The notes beneath the pieces are model-generated. The model was not told where the DNA came from and ran no database searches. It saw only the letters and a program-made list of their open reading frames with translations. From NCBI RefSeq assembly GCF_009914755.1, contig NC_060931.1: a stretch of DNA of 64,000 bases; one strand, given 5' to 3'. Positions within the stretch are counted from its first letter, which is position 1. The number at the start of each line of letters is the position of its first letter. Shown here in pieces: positions 14,401-27,867 of the stretch. The DNA is from the human T2T-CHM13v2.0 reference genome, Homo sapiens. Both the position numbers and the translations under genes were made by a program.

Positions 14401-14859
14401 CTGCTTGTACTATCCCATCTAACTTTATTCTGCTCCATGGTAAATCTAGCTAGTGTATGTAAATCATTATGTTTTCCTTAGAGGTCAGGGCCTACATCAT
14501 TTTTGTATCTCCCCATCCAAATATCATACTTTGTGTAGAGCAAGTGGTAAATAAATGTTTGGAACATATAACACTTAGACGACTTAGTCTGATAGGAGCA
14601 AGACACTTTGTAAAATGAATGATAAAGAATATATTTGCCCTTGATTTTTAGATTTATACAGAAAAACACATTGATATGGCACCTAATCTCTCAAATTGAT
14701 AGATTTATAGAATTATTTTCTCATATCTATAAAGAAAACCAAAGTATCTTTGGCTGAAATTCAAAATCCTCCAGAATAATTTGCCACTGACTGACTTTTA
14801 GTCTCAACTCCATGCCTTCTTCCTCCATACGAAACAGTCTAGCCATGTTGAATTATGTT

Positions 14860-14988
14860 TGAAAGATTGTACACCCTGGTTTGCCCAGTTTGGACATGGC
14901 TTATAACTGCTCTCTTAGCACAGTATTAAAACCACTGCTCTCATTTTTATAAGTGTATTTGTTTGGATCAGGTATATGGTTTTCCTAA
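14860..14988. mobile_element. Degenerate hAT-Blackjack MITE (MER94-like)
   Basis: ccctggtttgcccag...aagtgtatttgtttggatcaggtatatggttttccta resembles recalled MER94 ends. Confidence 0.45.
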
Positions 14989-16579
14989 TTCATATACTCA
15001 TTGAATGGGTATCTGTTTTTTCATGTTTCTGTAAATTTTGAAAAATTATTGTTAAAGCTTCTATGTGTGACAAATATTTGGGTATGTGTTAAACCTTTAG
15101 GTCTTCACATGTGCAACCTAAAGGTTGAGCTGGCTTAAAGTTTCTGGGAGCATTATGTTTCCCAAAAGCTGTCTAAAACTAGATGAATCGTGGAAGCCTG
15201 GTTGGTTTAGATGTTCCCTAGAGCACTTCTGTTGATTCCATTGGGGAAGTTTCAACACTGTGCTTTTTTGGGGGACAATGCTAGAAACATTCTGGATCTA
15301 ACTTAGTTGTTAATTTAGGACTATAGTGGACCCCTTCTCAGGCTGTTCCATTAAGATCCAAAACCATGGAAGCATCATACCAATTTTTCAAAGTACACCC
15401 CATCTGATAAATGTGTTTAGTGGTTCAGGGATTCCCTGATTTATCATACTAGTATTTCCAGAATAATTCCAGTCTCTTCAGAGGGAGCTAACTTTAAACC
15501 AGGAAGTATTGAGGGACCAGGATATACTTTGGAAAATTAGTCACTTTGATAAAGATTATGCTAGTTTCTGTTTATTTCCTCAGATACAATTCTGGCACCC
15601 AATAGGAACATATCTGGAATCTGCCTGATTGAATTACTTTGATTTATGTAAGTGTGGATGTGCACAGATTTAGTGAGCTGGTCTCCATGGCACTTCCTTC
15701 ATCTGTGGTTTTCTGTGCATTTGTCTCTCATCCCCTGCCTTTGGCTTTTAGCTCTGCAGTCTGATAATAAACATTTATTTTCTCCTTTGGCTCAGGACAT
15801 GCAACTTCTGTCACAGTTAATATAAGGCAGTGGCATCTGCTAAAACAGCAGTGCTGCTCTGAAAGCTTGCAGTTCAAACACAGTTACAATTCTTTTTCGC
15901 TGCCTTTATTTTTAGTCATAAGAGTACAGGAGGAGGGCAAAGTTCACAGTTCTTAAGACGTCAAAGAAATAATTCCTTCTGCCTCTGTCTGTAGAGCCAA
16001 GGGAGCTGGATGAAACCTTGGATAGTTTCATAGGAGCCAAGGGTACCTATGGCTACGAGAAGAGCCTGCCCTGTGACTTATAATAGGAATGTGAAGAAGA
16101 CTGAAAAATACTGCTAATGATTAGTAAAAGTCAGTGGGACTATTTTTCTAAATTGTGACCCAGGGCACGTGTGAGCATGTGTGTATATGTGATCATAGAC
16201 TGTCCCCTAAACAATGTTTCTCAACGTATTTTCTAGGCCCAAGAAGAATAATTAAATATTCACATTAAGTAAGGTATGGGAAATTATTTTAAAAGTTTAA
16301 CCTTTCATCTTCAAACCCATGATGTTTCTATACCTAAAGGTCTATGTGCGTTTCTAATTCACTGCACTTTAAGAGAAAAAATAGCTGAAATAGAAAAGAT
16401 TCATATAGAAAGAATGTAAATAATCTGAGAGATACAAAAACCCAAATGAAAGTAAAATTGGATGAAAGTTGTTATTTATAAAATTATGAAGTCCATTTCT
16501 ATCAAACCCGCAAATAACAGAATTAACTGGATGTTGCTTTTAATAGTGCTATTTTTGGATGAAGATACTATTTTCAACA

Positions 16580-17015
16580 CTGTTGGCAGAGTTAGGAAAT
16601 GTATGAGCAATATTCAGGTATCCAGAGTTTAGCATTAGTAGAAAGCCATTACTACCCTTAAACCTAAGAGGGCAAGGAGGGAAGTCATGTTACTGGGATA
16701 TAGGACGACCTGGAGCTACAAAGGGAAGAGCCACCAACAGGAGCCTGAGAAGTCAAGGGACACGCCGCCTGCCACAACCACAATACTAAATTAAAGATGG
16801 AGAGGAAAAAGTACCCAGAATTATCTCTTTCCATTTTTAGATTTCTTGCTGGTTTCTCTCATTAATTCAAACCCATTAAAGAAAGCCAAGGATCCTACAT
16901 AATCAAGCACTTGGGGATCAACCCTCCTGGTGTATTGTATAGAACAGAACTGAGAAGACTGAAAGTTGTTCTAGTGAGGAAAAGGGAGCCAAGCAATTAG
17001 AAAATATACAGCACA
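16580..17015 (-). mobile_element. LTR33-family (ERVL) LTR
   Basis: agccattactacccttaaacctaagagggcaaggagggaag and the terminus gaaaatatacagcaca (reverse complement TGTGCTGTATATTTTC). Confidence 0.6.
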
Positions 17016-18796
17016 AATGGAGACACTGATGTTATTATTTAGGTGTTACTATGTTTCCCATGATACAGATACAGAACCTGAGTGTAGGATTGTTTAGCCA
17101 GTTTGCCCTAGGTCACAGATCTAGTAGAACTTGGACCACTTCCTCACATTTGTGTTTCTTACTCAATAGCCAATGCTAATTATTGTGTCACATTGCCACT
17201 TTAGTATTTTTATATTTTTGCAGTTGATTGCAACTGGCAAAAATAAATATTTAAACAACATACACATAATAAAAATCAAACTTATTGATAATAAACTAAA
17301 GCTAAAGCAAAATATAAGAAAATAAAAAAACTAGGTATTATATGGAGACAGCATAGGGAAAGTCAGTATATATTTATTCTTTTCCATTTTTTGCTTCGAT
17401 TGCATTACTTCTTATATTCTCAGCAAAAGCTCGAAATTCCTGTCACATCATCTTAAATTAGCTTTTGCAGGCCAAGGGCCTGAAGCACGAATGTTTCTGC
17501 AAATTGGATAGAAAAGTATTGCAATGGACCAAAGGCTTCAACATCAGCTTGGAGTTATAGCTTGAACCCTAGTCGAAAATACAGTTTGGGATGTGTGAGT
17601 GTGAGGGAAAGTAGTTAAAACTGCTTCCTCCTTTATACTTAAAATATGAAATATAAACCAGGAAAGAAATGCTTCCAGTATTACATTATACTTTTTTTTA
17701 TATTCTATTCTATGCTGACAATATCATGTAAATGGGCTGTAGTGAAATGTAGCAAATGAGATGTTCTCAAATCAAAGTGAGAAGACTGTATGATCTTGAC
17801 TTCAAAATTTAAACTTTTACATGTATTTATTTCTATGTATAAGTGTTTTGCATAAAATGTCAAAGTTGTCAATTCCGCCATTTTATAAAATAAAAAAAAA
17901 TTTGATTATTTTAACTGTTGGTATAATGTAACATCATGACAAACCCTAGTCCAGCATTGAGTTTATTTTAAGTTTTTTCTCAATATTCAGTGTCAAATAG
18001 TGGAGGCCTAAAATGATGACAGGGATCCTCACTGAGCATTGAACAGGGAGTTTCATTAGGGCCTGAGGTGATAAAACAGGAAGGATGGGGCTATCTACAT
18101 GGGCAGCTTTTCCATAGTATGTTACTTAGTATCAGGATTCATCAAGCACAAGAAATAGGAAATGCATTACCAAACGAAGGAGAACGAATTAGCAGGTATG
18201 AACGAATCACTAATGTTTGAAAGGAATGAAATATCGTAATTAATGGAAAAATGATTTTTTAAAAAAATATTAAGTATAAGGAATGTGACATGACAGATGA
18301 AGACAAAGAAGTCAATTGTCATATGGGAAGGAATGTGCTCCAATCAGAAGGACTGGCACGAGAAGGCACAGGTTTGGATGGAAATAATGGAGGTTACCTG
18401 TGGGACTCCTGTAGAGATATTAGTAATAAGGACCAGTGGTTTTGGTTAAGTGCAGACAAGGGATAGTGAGAGAACATGGAGGCTTCCAAGTTAAACCAAG
18501 AAATCAAAAAAGGCAAATGTGGACTCTGGACATTTGGAGAATGGCTGTAAAGGGACTAGTCAATATCATCTCCTCCTTGGTATTCTATCTCTTGGAAATT
18601 AACTTAGTCTTGAAAGATAAATGAAATTCCACAAATTAATATTTAAAAAATTAATAAATAGCATTTAACCTCCCAGTTCTTAAGATTTTTACTACTATAT
18701 AGGTATCTATACAGGTATCTACATGAGAAAAAAAATAGGTCTCTAATGTTGCTTTATATATATACGTCTGTTTCAATGCATATTTCAAATGCTTCA

Positions 18797-19429
18797 TTTT
18801 ATTATACTTTCAGTTCTGAGGTGCATGTGCAGAGTGTGCAGGTTTGTTACATAGGTATACACATGCCATGGTGGTTTGCTGCACCTATCAACCTGTCATC
18901 TACATTAGGTGTTTCTCCTAATGCTCTCCCTCCCCTAGCCCCCAACCCCCGACAGGCCCCAGTGTGTGATGTTCCCCTCTGTGTGTCCCTGTGTTCTCGT
19001 TGTTCGATTCCTACTTATGAGTGAGACTATGTGGTGTTTGGCTTTCTGTTCCTGTGTTAGTTTGCTGAGAATGATGGTTTCCAGTTTCATCCATGCCCCT
19101 GCAAAGGACATGAACTCATCCTTTTTTATGACTGCATAGTATTCCATGGTGTATATGTGCCACGTTTTCTTTATCCAGTCTGTCATTGATGGCATTTGGG
19201 TTGGTTCCAAGTCTTTGCTATTGTAAACAGTACCGCAATAAACATAAGTGTGCGTGTGTCTTTATAGCAGAATGATTTATAATCCTTTGGGTATATACCC
19301 AGTAATGGGATTGCAGGGTCAAATATTTCTAGTTCTGGATCCTTGAGGAATCACCACACTGTCTTCCACAATGGTTAAACTAATTTACACTCCCATCAAC
19401 AGTGTAAAAGTGTTCCTATTTCTCCACAT
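18797..19429 (-). mobile_element. L1PA7/8-like 3' end
   Basis: ttattatactttcagttctgaggtgcatgtgcagagtgtgcaggtttgttacataggtatacacatgccatggtgg. ORF 18935..19210 resembles the ORF2 C-terminus (WIKKTWHIYTMEYYA). Confidence 0.9.
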
Positions 19430-19942
19430 ATGTTTGATTATTGTACCTGAAAGTGATGGGGAGAATGGAACCAAGTTGGAAAACACTCTTCAGGATATTA
19501 TCCAGGAGAACTTCCCCAACCTAGCAAGACAGGCCAACATTCAAATTCAGGAAATACAGAGAACACCACAAAGATACTCCTTGAGAAGAGCAACCCCAAG
19601 ACATATAGTCGTCAGATTCACCAAGGTTGAAATGAAGAAAAAAATGTTAAGGGCAGCCAGAGAGAAAGGTCGGGTTACCCACAAAGGGAAGCCGATCAGA
19701 CTAACAGCAGATCTCTCGGCAGAAACCCTACAATCCAGAAGAGAGTGGAAGCTAATATTCAACATTTTTAAAAGAATTTTCAACTCAGAATTTCATATCC
19801 AGCCAAACTAAGCTTCCTAAGCAAAGGAGAAATAAGATCCTTTACAGACAAGCAAATGCTGAGAGATTTTGTCATCACCAAGCCTGGCTTACAAGAGTTC
19901 CTGAAAGAAGCCCTAAACATGCAAAGGAACCACCGGTACCAG
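19430..19942 (+). mobile_element. L1PA ORF1 fragment, inverted relative to the adjoining 3' end
   Basis: Translation VPESDGENGTKLENTLQDIIQENFPNLARQANIQIQEIQRTPQRY...RVTHKGKPIRLTADLSAETLQ is L1 ORF1p RRM/CTD. Confidence 0.92.
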
Positions 19943-19944
19943 GC

Positions 19945-22104
19945 AAGCGGGAAAGTGAGGCGGCCCTGGGAGACACAGACGTAGGGGGCTTCACATGCTT
20001 TTCTTCTGGGAACCACATCAGTTATTCACAGAGAAGACCAGGGGGAACATTGAGAAAACTCATCCAGTGGGGCTGGCTGGGGGATAGCAGCAGCCACTAC
20101 CAGAATTCAACCAAATTCACCTTCTTTATCTCCCTCAAAGAATAAAGGCTTAATCTAAAGGGGAAGGAAAACAAAAATTGTGGCCAGAGAGAATTGATGG
20201 AAACCAACTCCAGCCAGGGGAAGGGAACGGAAAAAAGGAAAGAAAAAAAAAACCCCCACAAAATCAGTTCTATACCTGGTGGAAGATCAGGAATACATAT
20301 TGGCCAGAAGTCCAGGAAGGGCAGAAATACTTCTGAATAACAAGCCTCTGAGGACCAAGTGCACAGATGCCTGCCTAAGACTTGGGCTTAATGAAAATTA
20401 TAGAAAACATTTTCTCCTACTTCCTTACCCAATCAGCCCCACCACACTAACCAGTATTGAGTAAAAATAATAGTCTAAACATCTGATAGAGCTGAAAAGG
20501 ACAGATTATCTCTGGGCACTAACTCAAAGGGAAGATTAAAAGCCAAGAGAAGAGGCTCATTGCCAAGCCAGGAGTGGACACTGACGGGAAAAAAACATCC
20601 TTTGGCTAATTAGTCCACACACTAAGCAGAAGATATCACTTGAGAAATTTGAAGCTTATGGCAAACTGAGGCTAACCATAGCAACAATAATTTTTCAATT
20701 CTTGAATTAATAAAAACTCCCACACTACAGATCTAGTAGAAGGATGTTTATCTCCAAGATTATTTACTTTAGTGTCTCTGTTCTATATAACATATTAGGC
20801 TTTTAACAAAAAAATTTGAAAACATACCAAAAAGGCAACAAAACACAGAAAAGACAAAACAATCACCCAAACAAGATTTATGTATGTCATAGACATTGGA
20901 AGTGTCATACCATCAGACAGAAACTTTAATTATGATTAATATATTAAAGTCTCTAATGAAAAAGGTAGACAACATGGAAGCTCATACAGGTAATTTAAAC
21001 AGAGCAATTGGAAATTTTTAAAAAGAACCAAATAAAAATATAGGCGGTCTCCAGCTTACAAGGATTTGACTTAAGATTTTTGACTGTATAATGGGTTTAT
21101 CAGGATATAGCCCCACAGTAAATTGAGGAAAATCTGGAAATATGATGATTCAACTTATAACTTTTTGACTTTATGATAGGTTTATCAGAGTATTAAATGC
21201 CTTACAACATGGTATTTTCAACTTATAATGGCTTTTTTAGTATGTAACCCCATTGTAAATCAAGGAGCATCTATACTAGATTTCAAAATCAAAGTAAGAG
21301 AAGTAAAGAATGCTTGAAACAGGCTCATGAGGAGACTTGACAGAGCTGAGGAAAAAAAAAATCACTAAACTTGAGGACAGGTTAATAGAAATTAACCAAA
21401 CTGAAATGTGTGTGTGTGTCTGAGAGAGAGTGGGAGAGAGAGTTTGAGAAACAGAGTTTGACAGGAATGAAATATCTATATCTGTGATAATACATAACCA
21501 TATAATGTGTAATTGAGTTATTGAAATATGAGTAATTGGAATGCCAAAAGGGAAACAAGAATAGGAAGAAGAAATACTTGAAGAAATAGTGATTGAGAAT
21601 GGTCTAAACATACAAGTTAAAAGACAGAATTCATTAAATTGGATAAAAATGTAAGATGCATCTATGTGCTATCTACAAAAAATACACTTTAAATATAAAC
21701 AAATATTTGTGTTAAAGAGAAAACTGTTGAGAAAGGTATACCATACAAACACCAATCAAAATAGAACTATAGTAGCTATCATAATTTCAAAGTAGTAGTT
21801 TTAAGAATAGGAATATTATCAAGTTATGATAAAGATGGACACTGTGCAAAAGGAAGTGGTCAGTTCTCCAAAGAGACATAAGAGTCATGTATCTTAACAA
21901 CAGGGCTTCAAAATACATGGAGAAAAATATACAAAGAAAAATACAAAATAGATATAGAAAAACATAAAATAGAAATAGGCAGATTCACTACTACAGTTTC
22001 AGACTCTAACCTCCTATCTTAGTAATTGATAGAACAAGTAGACAGAACATTGATAAACACATAAATGACCTGAACAAAACTATCAATCCACTTACTGTAA
22101 TTGA
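19945..22104 (+). mobile_element. Old L1M 5'UTR/ORF1/ORF2-start remnant
   Basis: A-rich ORF1-like sequence (aaaaaggtagacaacatg, gaaatacttgaagaaatagtgattgagaat) and EN-like sequence (tatgtgctatctacaaaaaatacactttaaatataa, agtaattgatagaacaagtagacagaa). Confidence 0.7.
21041..21273 (-). mobile_element. MER47-family (Tigger5-derived) MITE
   Basis: Internal repeats gacttaagatttttgactgtataatgggtttatcag. End gtaaccccattgtaaatcaaggagcatcta. TA flanks. Confidence 0.7.
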
Positions 22105-22182
22105 TCAGGCTTGTCTTGAACTCCTGACCTCATGATTCACTTGCCTCGGCCTCCCAAATTCTGGGATTACAGGCATGAGCCA
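22105..22182 (-). mobile_element. Alu left-arm fragment
   Basis: caggcttgtcttgaactcctgacctcatgattcacttgcctcggcctcccaaattctgggattacaggcatgagcca, with no tail or right arm. Confidence 0.85.
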
Positions 22183-22577
22183 ATAAATGTATAATTTTTA
22201 TCAAGGACTTTTTTTTGCAGGTGCAACTTTGTGAAAATATTGATTATTTCCATCCTCATAAATATAACAAAAGTGTGGATTATTTAGAATAAGTAGTAGA
22301 ATAAGTAGAATTTAGAATAAGTAGGAGAATTAAAAGTGTGTTCAGCAACAAAATTTGCAAAAAACATTTTTGGATTTAAATTATTTTTGTTGCTATGTAA
22401 ACTATACTATTCATTTTATATGAGCTATCTATTGTATAATTTGTTCTTTATACTCTTAAGCTATCAACCTGGTCTCCAAAGGCAAATAAATTTTTAAAAT
22501 TTTTGGCCTAGTTAATAAAGTTACATGTAATATATAATAATCCAAAATAAATGGAATAAAATATTGGTTGTTATAGA

Positions 22578-23464
22578 CAGGCAGTCCTCACTTTATATGG
22601 TCTGACATTCATGTATTTTTTCATGAATTTTTGTTATCACAGTTTTATTAAAAAGTATTGGTCCCCGAACAACCAGTTTAAATTTCAGTTACCACAGTAT
22701 ATTAACTGTGAGTAACTGCATAAAGTATAGACTTTGCTGCTGGCTTTTCAGCAAATCACTGATTCAGCAAATTACTAGATAAGTAATCAGTGACCAAGCA
22801 CATCATTTATTTCAAAGTTTATGGTGACTGTTCCCTGTACATCTGTCAGTTTATACAGCCAGTGATGGACTCGTGACATTTTACAAAAATTAATAGTCAA
22901 AAGAGGGAATTAGCCAAGAAGAATAGCCTAGAAATGGAAAGTGATAATGCTGGATGTAAACTTGGAAAGTGGTTGGAATGAAAGAGGATGTAAATACCCC
23001 AGAGCAACTGACATTGGCAAAACTTTTACATTAAAGGGACTCTTGGAGATATCTCACAACATTGAATGTGCAAAGGATAAAATGGTGGAAACTGATCCAA
23101 ACTTAGAAAGAAAATGACAATTCAGCAAGGTGTAGGAAGGAGGTTCACTCTGTGTCCTATGTTATATGTGAAGGAAAGCATTCTTCAAGCTACTCTTCGT
23201 ACATTTGCTTTCAGCAAAAATACGAAACATTTCAAATCTTAAAGCCCCTAATATTTAAATTTCAGTGTGCTTAGAAAATATTAGTTTTACTATTTTTAAA
23301 TTCTCCTACACATTTATGACAAAAATAAGGGGGGTTTGTAACATTTTGACAAAAAATTTCAAAGATATCTCTTTTAATTTTCTCCATAGATTATCATTTT
23401 CTCTGTTTTAGCTAAAACAGTCATTTTATGATGCTGCACTACAATGCAAAGCAAGAACTATCTG
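22578..23464 (+). mobile_element. Tigger-family non-autonomous DNA transposon (subfamily uncertain, Tigger13a-like)
   Basis: Degenerate TIRs caggcagtcctcacttt... / ...aaagcaagaactatctg followed by TA. Transposase C-terminal remnant gcaaaggataaaatggtggaaactgatccaaacttagaaag. Confidence 0.65.
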
Positions 23465-23525
23465 TATATATACTATCTGTATATATCTGTATATATACAT
23501 TATAATTTATATTAGATATTGCATA

Positions 23526-25810
23526 TGATATGGTTTGGCTGTGTCCCCACCCAAATCTCACCTTGAATTGTAGTTCCCATAATCCCCACATGTCCTGGGA
23601 GAGACCCAGTGGTAACTGAACCTTGGGGGTGGGTTTTCCATGCTGTTCTTATGATAGTAAATAAGTCTCACAATATTGGATGGTTTTATAAAGGGCAGTT
23701 CCCCTGCACATGCTCTCTTGCCTGCCACCATTTAAGACGTGCCTTTGTTCCTCCTTCTCCTTCTGCCATAATTGTGAAGCCTTCCCAGCCATGTGGAACT
23801 GTGAGTCTATTAAACCTTTTTTTCTTTATAAATTACCCAATATCTAGTATTTCTTCATAGCAGTATGAAAATGGGCTAATACAGTAAATTGGTACCAGTA
23901 GAGTGGGATAATGCTACTAAGATACCCAAAAATGTGGAAGTGACTTTGGAACTGGGTAACAGAGGTTGAAACAGTTTGGAGGGCTCAGAAGAAGACAGAG
24001 AGATATGGCAAAGTTTGGAGCTTCCTAGAGACCAAAATGTCCAGGCTGAGTGGTCTCAGATAGAGATGAGGAATTTATTGGGAACTGAAGAAAACGTGAT
24101 TCTTGCTATGCTTTAACCAAGAGACTGGCAGCATTCAGCATTAAGACTGCCTTAAAGATCTGTGGAACTTTGAACTTGAGAGAGATGATTTAGGGTAGCT
24201 GGTGGAAGAAATTTTTAAGCAGCAAAGCATTCAAGAGATGACTTGGGTGCTCTTAAAATCACTCAGTTTTATTCATTCACAAAGATATGGTTTGGAATAG
24301 GAACTTGTGTTTAAAAGGGAAGCAGAGCAGAAATGCTTGGAAAATTTGCATCCTGACAAAGCAATAGAAAAGAAAAACCCATTTTCTGAGGAGAAATTCA
24401 AGCCTGCTGTAGAAATTTACTTAAGTAATGAGGAACCAAGTGTTAATCACCAAAACAACGGTGAAAATGTCTCCAGGCCATGTCAGAGGTCTTCATGGCA
24501 GCCTCTCCCATCACAAGCCAGGAGGCCTAGGAGAAAAATGTGGTTTCATAGGCCAGGCTCAGGGCCTTGCTGCTTTGTGCAGTCTTGGGACTTGGTGCCC
24601 TGTGTCCCAGCCATGTCTAAAATGGGCCAACATACAGCTCAGGCCATTGCTTCAGAGGGTGCAAGCCCCAAGCCTTGGCAGCTTACACGTGGTGTTGAGC
24701 CTGAGGGTGCACAGAAGTCAAGAATTGAGGTTTGGGAACCTCCACCTAGATTTCAGAGGATGTATGGAAACACCTGGATATCCAGGCCAAAGTTTGCTCC
24801 AGGGGTGGGGCCCTCATGGAGAACCTTTGCTAGAGCAGTGTGGAAGGGAAATATGGGATGGGAGTCCCCATACAGAGTCCCTACTAGGGCACTGCCTAGT
24901 GGGGCTGTGAGATGAGGGCCACTGTCTTCCAGACCCCAGAATCGTAGGTCCACTGACAGCTTGCCCTGTATGCCTGGAAAAGCCTCAGATACTCAACACC
25001 AGCCCATGAAAGTAGCCAGGAAATGGGGTTGTACCCTGCAAAGCGACACTGGCAGAGCTGCCCAGGACTATGGAAACCCACCTGTTGCATCAGTGTAACC
25101 TGGATGTGAGACATGAAGTCAAAGGAAATCATTTTGGAACTTTAAGATTTGACTGCCCCACTAGATTTCAGACTTGCATGGGACCTGAAGCCCCTTGGTT
25201 TTGGCCAGTTTATTTTATTTGGAATTGGTGTATTTACCCAATGCCTGTACCCCTATTGTATTTAGGAAGTAATTTACTTGCTTTTGATTTTACAGGCTCA
25301 TAGGCAGAAGGGACTTGCCTTGTCTAAGATGAACTGTGGACTTTTGAGTTAATGCTGAAATGAGATAAGACTTTGGGGAACTGTTGGAAGGGCATGATTT
25401 TATTTTGAAATGCGAGGACATGAGATTTGGGAGGGTCTGGGGTGGAATGATACAGTTTGGCTGTGTCCCTACCAAAGTCTCATCTTGAATTGTAGCTCCT
25501 ATAATCCCTGTGTGTTGTGGGAGGGACCCAGTGGGACATAATTGGGCCATGGGTGCAGGTTTTTCTGTGCTGTTCTCATGACAGTGAATAATTCTTATGA
25601 GATCTGATGGTTTTATAAAAGACAGTTCCCCTGCACATGCTCTCTTGCCTGCCGTCATGTAAGATGTGCCTTTGTTCCTCCTTTGCCTTTCACCATGATT
25701 GAGAGACCTCACCAGCCATGTCTAACTGTGAGTCCATTAAGCCTCTTTTTTAAAATAAATTACCCAGTCTTGGATATTTCTTCACAGCAATATGAAAATG
25801 GACAAATACA
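23526..25810 (+). mobile_element. Full-length THE1 (THE1C-like) MaLR element: 5'LTR 23526-23883, internal 23884-25447, 3'LTR 25448-25810
   Basis: Two homologous LTRs (tgatatggtttggctgtgtcccc / tgatacagtttggctgtgtccct). Internal start gtaaattggtacc. Purine-rich PPT before the 3'LTR. Perfect TSD gcata (23521-25 / 25811-15). Confidence 0.95.
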
Positions 25811-27209
25811 GCATATATATACTACATATAAATATTAATGTGATCTTAGGTTTTGGAGGGATTCTTCTCATACAAATAAGAACAAATCAGTACGTAAATA
25901 TTTATTACCAAATATTTATAAACATTATTTCAAAAGGCTTCAGCATAATATATTGGAAAAAAGCATAAAATGGAAAAATTTCTCAAATCATATGCCATGG
26001 GTTAATATACTTAATGAGCGGTGAGAAACCAATGAGATATATAAAACAACCAAGCAGAAAAATGAGCAAAAGCACACAACTAGGATAACTCACAAAAAAT
26101 GAAAAATTAATGGTCAATGAAGTTATATAAACTGTGTTTAGTTACCTAAGGCATGCATATTTTTAAAAGGATAAAATAGTGCTATGAAGCAGTATTTATC
26201 ATATCTGGATATGTATCAGAAACAGCTATGAAAATCATTAGATATATATTTAGGCCACACCCTCACAGATTCTGATAAGAATAGGAATAATAATGTCCCG
26301 TCTAAAAAGCAATATGTTTTATTTTTATATTTTGCTTTTAGGGTAAGAGACATGCCAAAATTATGAGGCTGGTAAACTGATAGATCTGACTTAAACCAGG
26401 GCTCTATGTCCTAAAAGACTGTACTATTTCTATCATATCTATTAGTAAAAGAAATATCTGTGCTATTTCTGCATATTTTCATGGCATGAAGATGGAAAAG
26501 TACAATATTTATGACTAATGATTTTCCCTCTTGCAATCCATTCTGTACAATTGGATTTAGAGTAAGTGGCAATAATCTGCTTTTATTCTACTATTTTTCA
26601 AAATTAAAAAAATTATTTTGTGATACTGTCAACAAATCCTTTCTCTAGTCTGTTTTTTTTCCCTCAGGAAAGCTTGGAATTGCTCCTATTGCCAATTTCC
26701 TTCACTACTTTTCAAAGTCAATTTCATGCTCTCTTTTATGAAAATTAAACAGTGTCACCGAGAAATGTGTGACACATGAACCTGGTCTTAACTCTCGTGG
26801 TGAATGCTAAAAAACAAACCATGAAAGAACAAAGAACCAAGGCTACCTGTTTGTAACTTTTGAGTCAGTTTGAAAGATTTCAAATTAAAGGCTTAGAAAG
26901 TGATTTATCCATGTTGATTGATCCAGTAAATGCTGACTAAGCTTCAGAGAAATACTTTTATTATTATTTTTAAGTCTGCTCCTCCACAGTCTAGAGTCTG
27001 TCTTGGATGTTAAATTGCAGACAAAATATTTTGCTCTATTCATTTTTATGTTTAATCTTAACTGAATTGATATGGACAGTAGAAGGTTTTCTGCTTGCAT
27101 TCTCAATTCTTCAGAAAGATCAACATTTCTTTAAAAAAAATCCATGCTGCCTATGAAATATTCTTGCTAAAACTTCAAACTCTGAGGCTATCAGTGTTTT
27201 GGAATTAAC

Positions 27210-27750
27210 TACAAAGAGTACAAAAAGAACAGGGTGCAGAGGGGCCTGATGAAATACACCACTGTGAGGTAATCTGAAAAATATAGATTGTGGATAAAGC
27301 TCCATATCCACTGGGAGTGGTTTCTGGAACAAATACATTTCAAAAAAAAAATGATAGAAGAGAAGCCTATAGATTAAGAGACGTATTAGCCAATGGCAAT
27401 GTATTAACCTTATTTGAATTTCAATTCAAACAAGCTATCATAAAAAGCTTAATGGGAAAGCATGAAAACTAAGTTTATATTTTATGGTATTAAAAGAATA
27501 TTCTTTAGGTATTATAAGAGTATTGTCATTACGTTAAAAGGGACTCCATTCTTGAGAGATACATGAAAAATATTTATGGAAAAATTATGGGATATCATCA
27601 AGTTCTGAGATTTGCTTTAAAGTATTCAAGGGGTCTGAGTCAAAGATGATGGTATAAATGAATCAAGGTAGATGGTGAATTAAAAATTAATGAGGATTAA
27701 TTGGACTGGTCTCTACTTTTGTGTGTATTTGAATATTTATACCTAAAATA
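27210..27750 (+). mobile_element. L1MC/ME 3' end remnant
   Basis: gcctatagattaagagac...aatggcaatgtattaaccttatttga...ctctacttttgtgtgtatttgaatatttatac. Confidence 0.6.
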
Positions 27751-27867
27751 ATCAGCAGGAATGATATCAGCTATTTGATTTCTCTTCCAATAATTTTGTG
27801 TTTTCAGTTCTCTTTCTTGATCTACATGTTCTACTTTCAAATATTTTAAAATATTTAAAATGTGCTT

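Noticed and set aside
19371-19811. 146-aa ORF with L1 ORF1p similarity
   Set aside because: Chance fusion across an L1 inversion junction; frameshifted at the C-terminus.
22285-22325. tagaataagtag repeated about three times
   Set aside because: Ordinary short slippage duplication.
26315-26350. Polypyrimidine tract, AG, then GGTAAGA resembling a recursive splice site
   Set aside because: An extra G separates AG and GT, so it is not the AG|GT ratchet motif, and there is no host-gene evidence.
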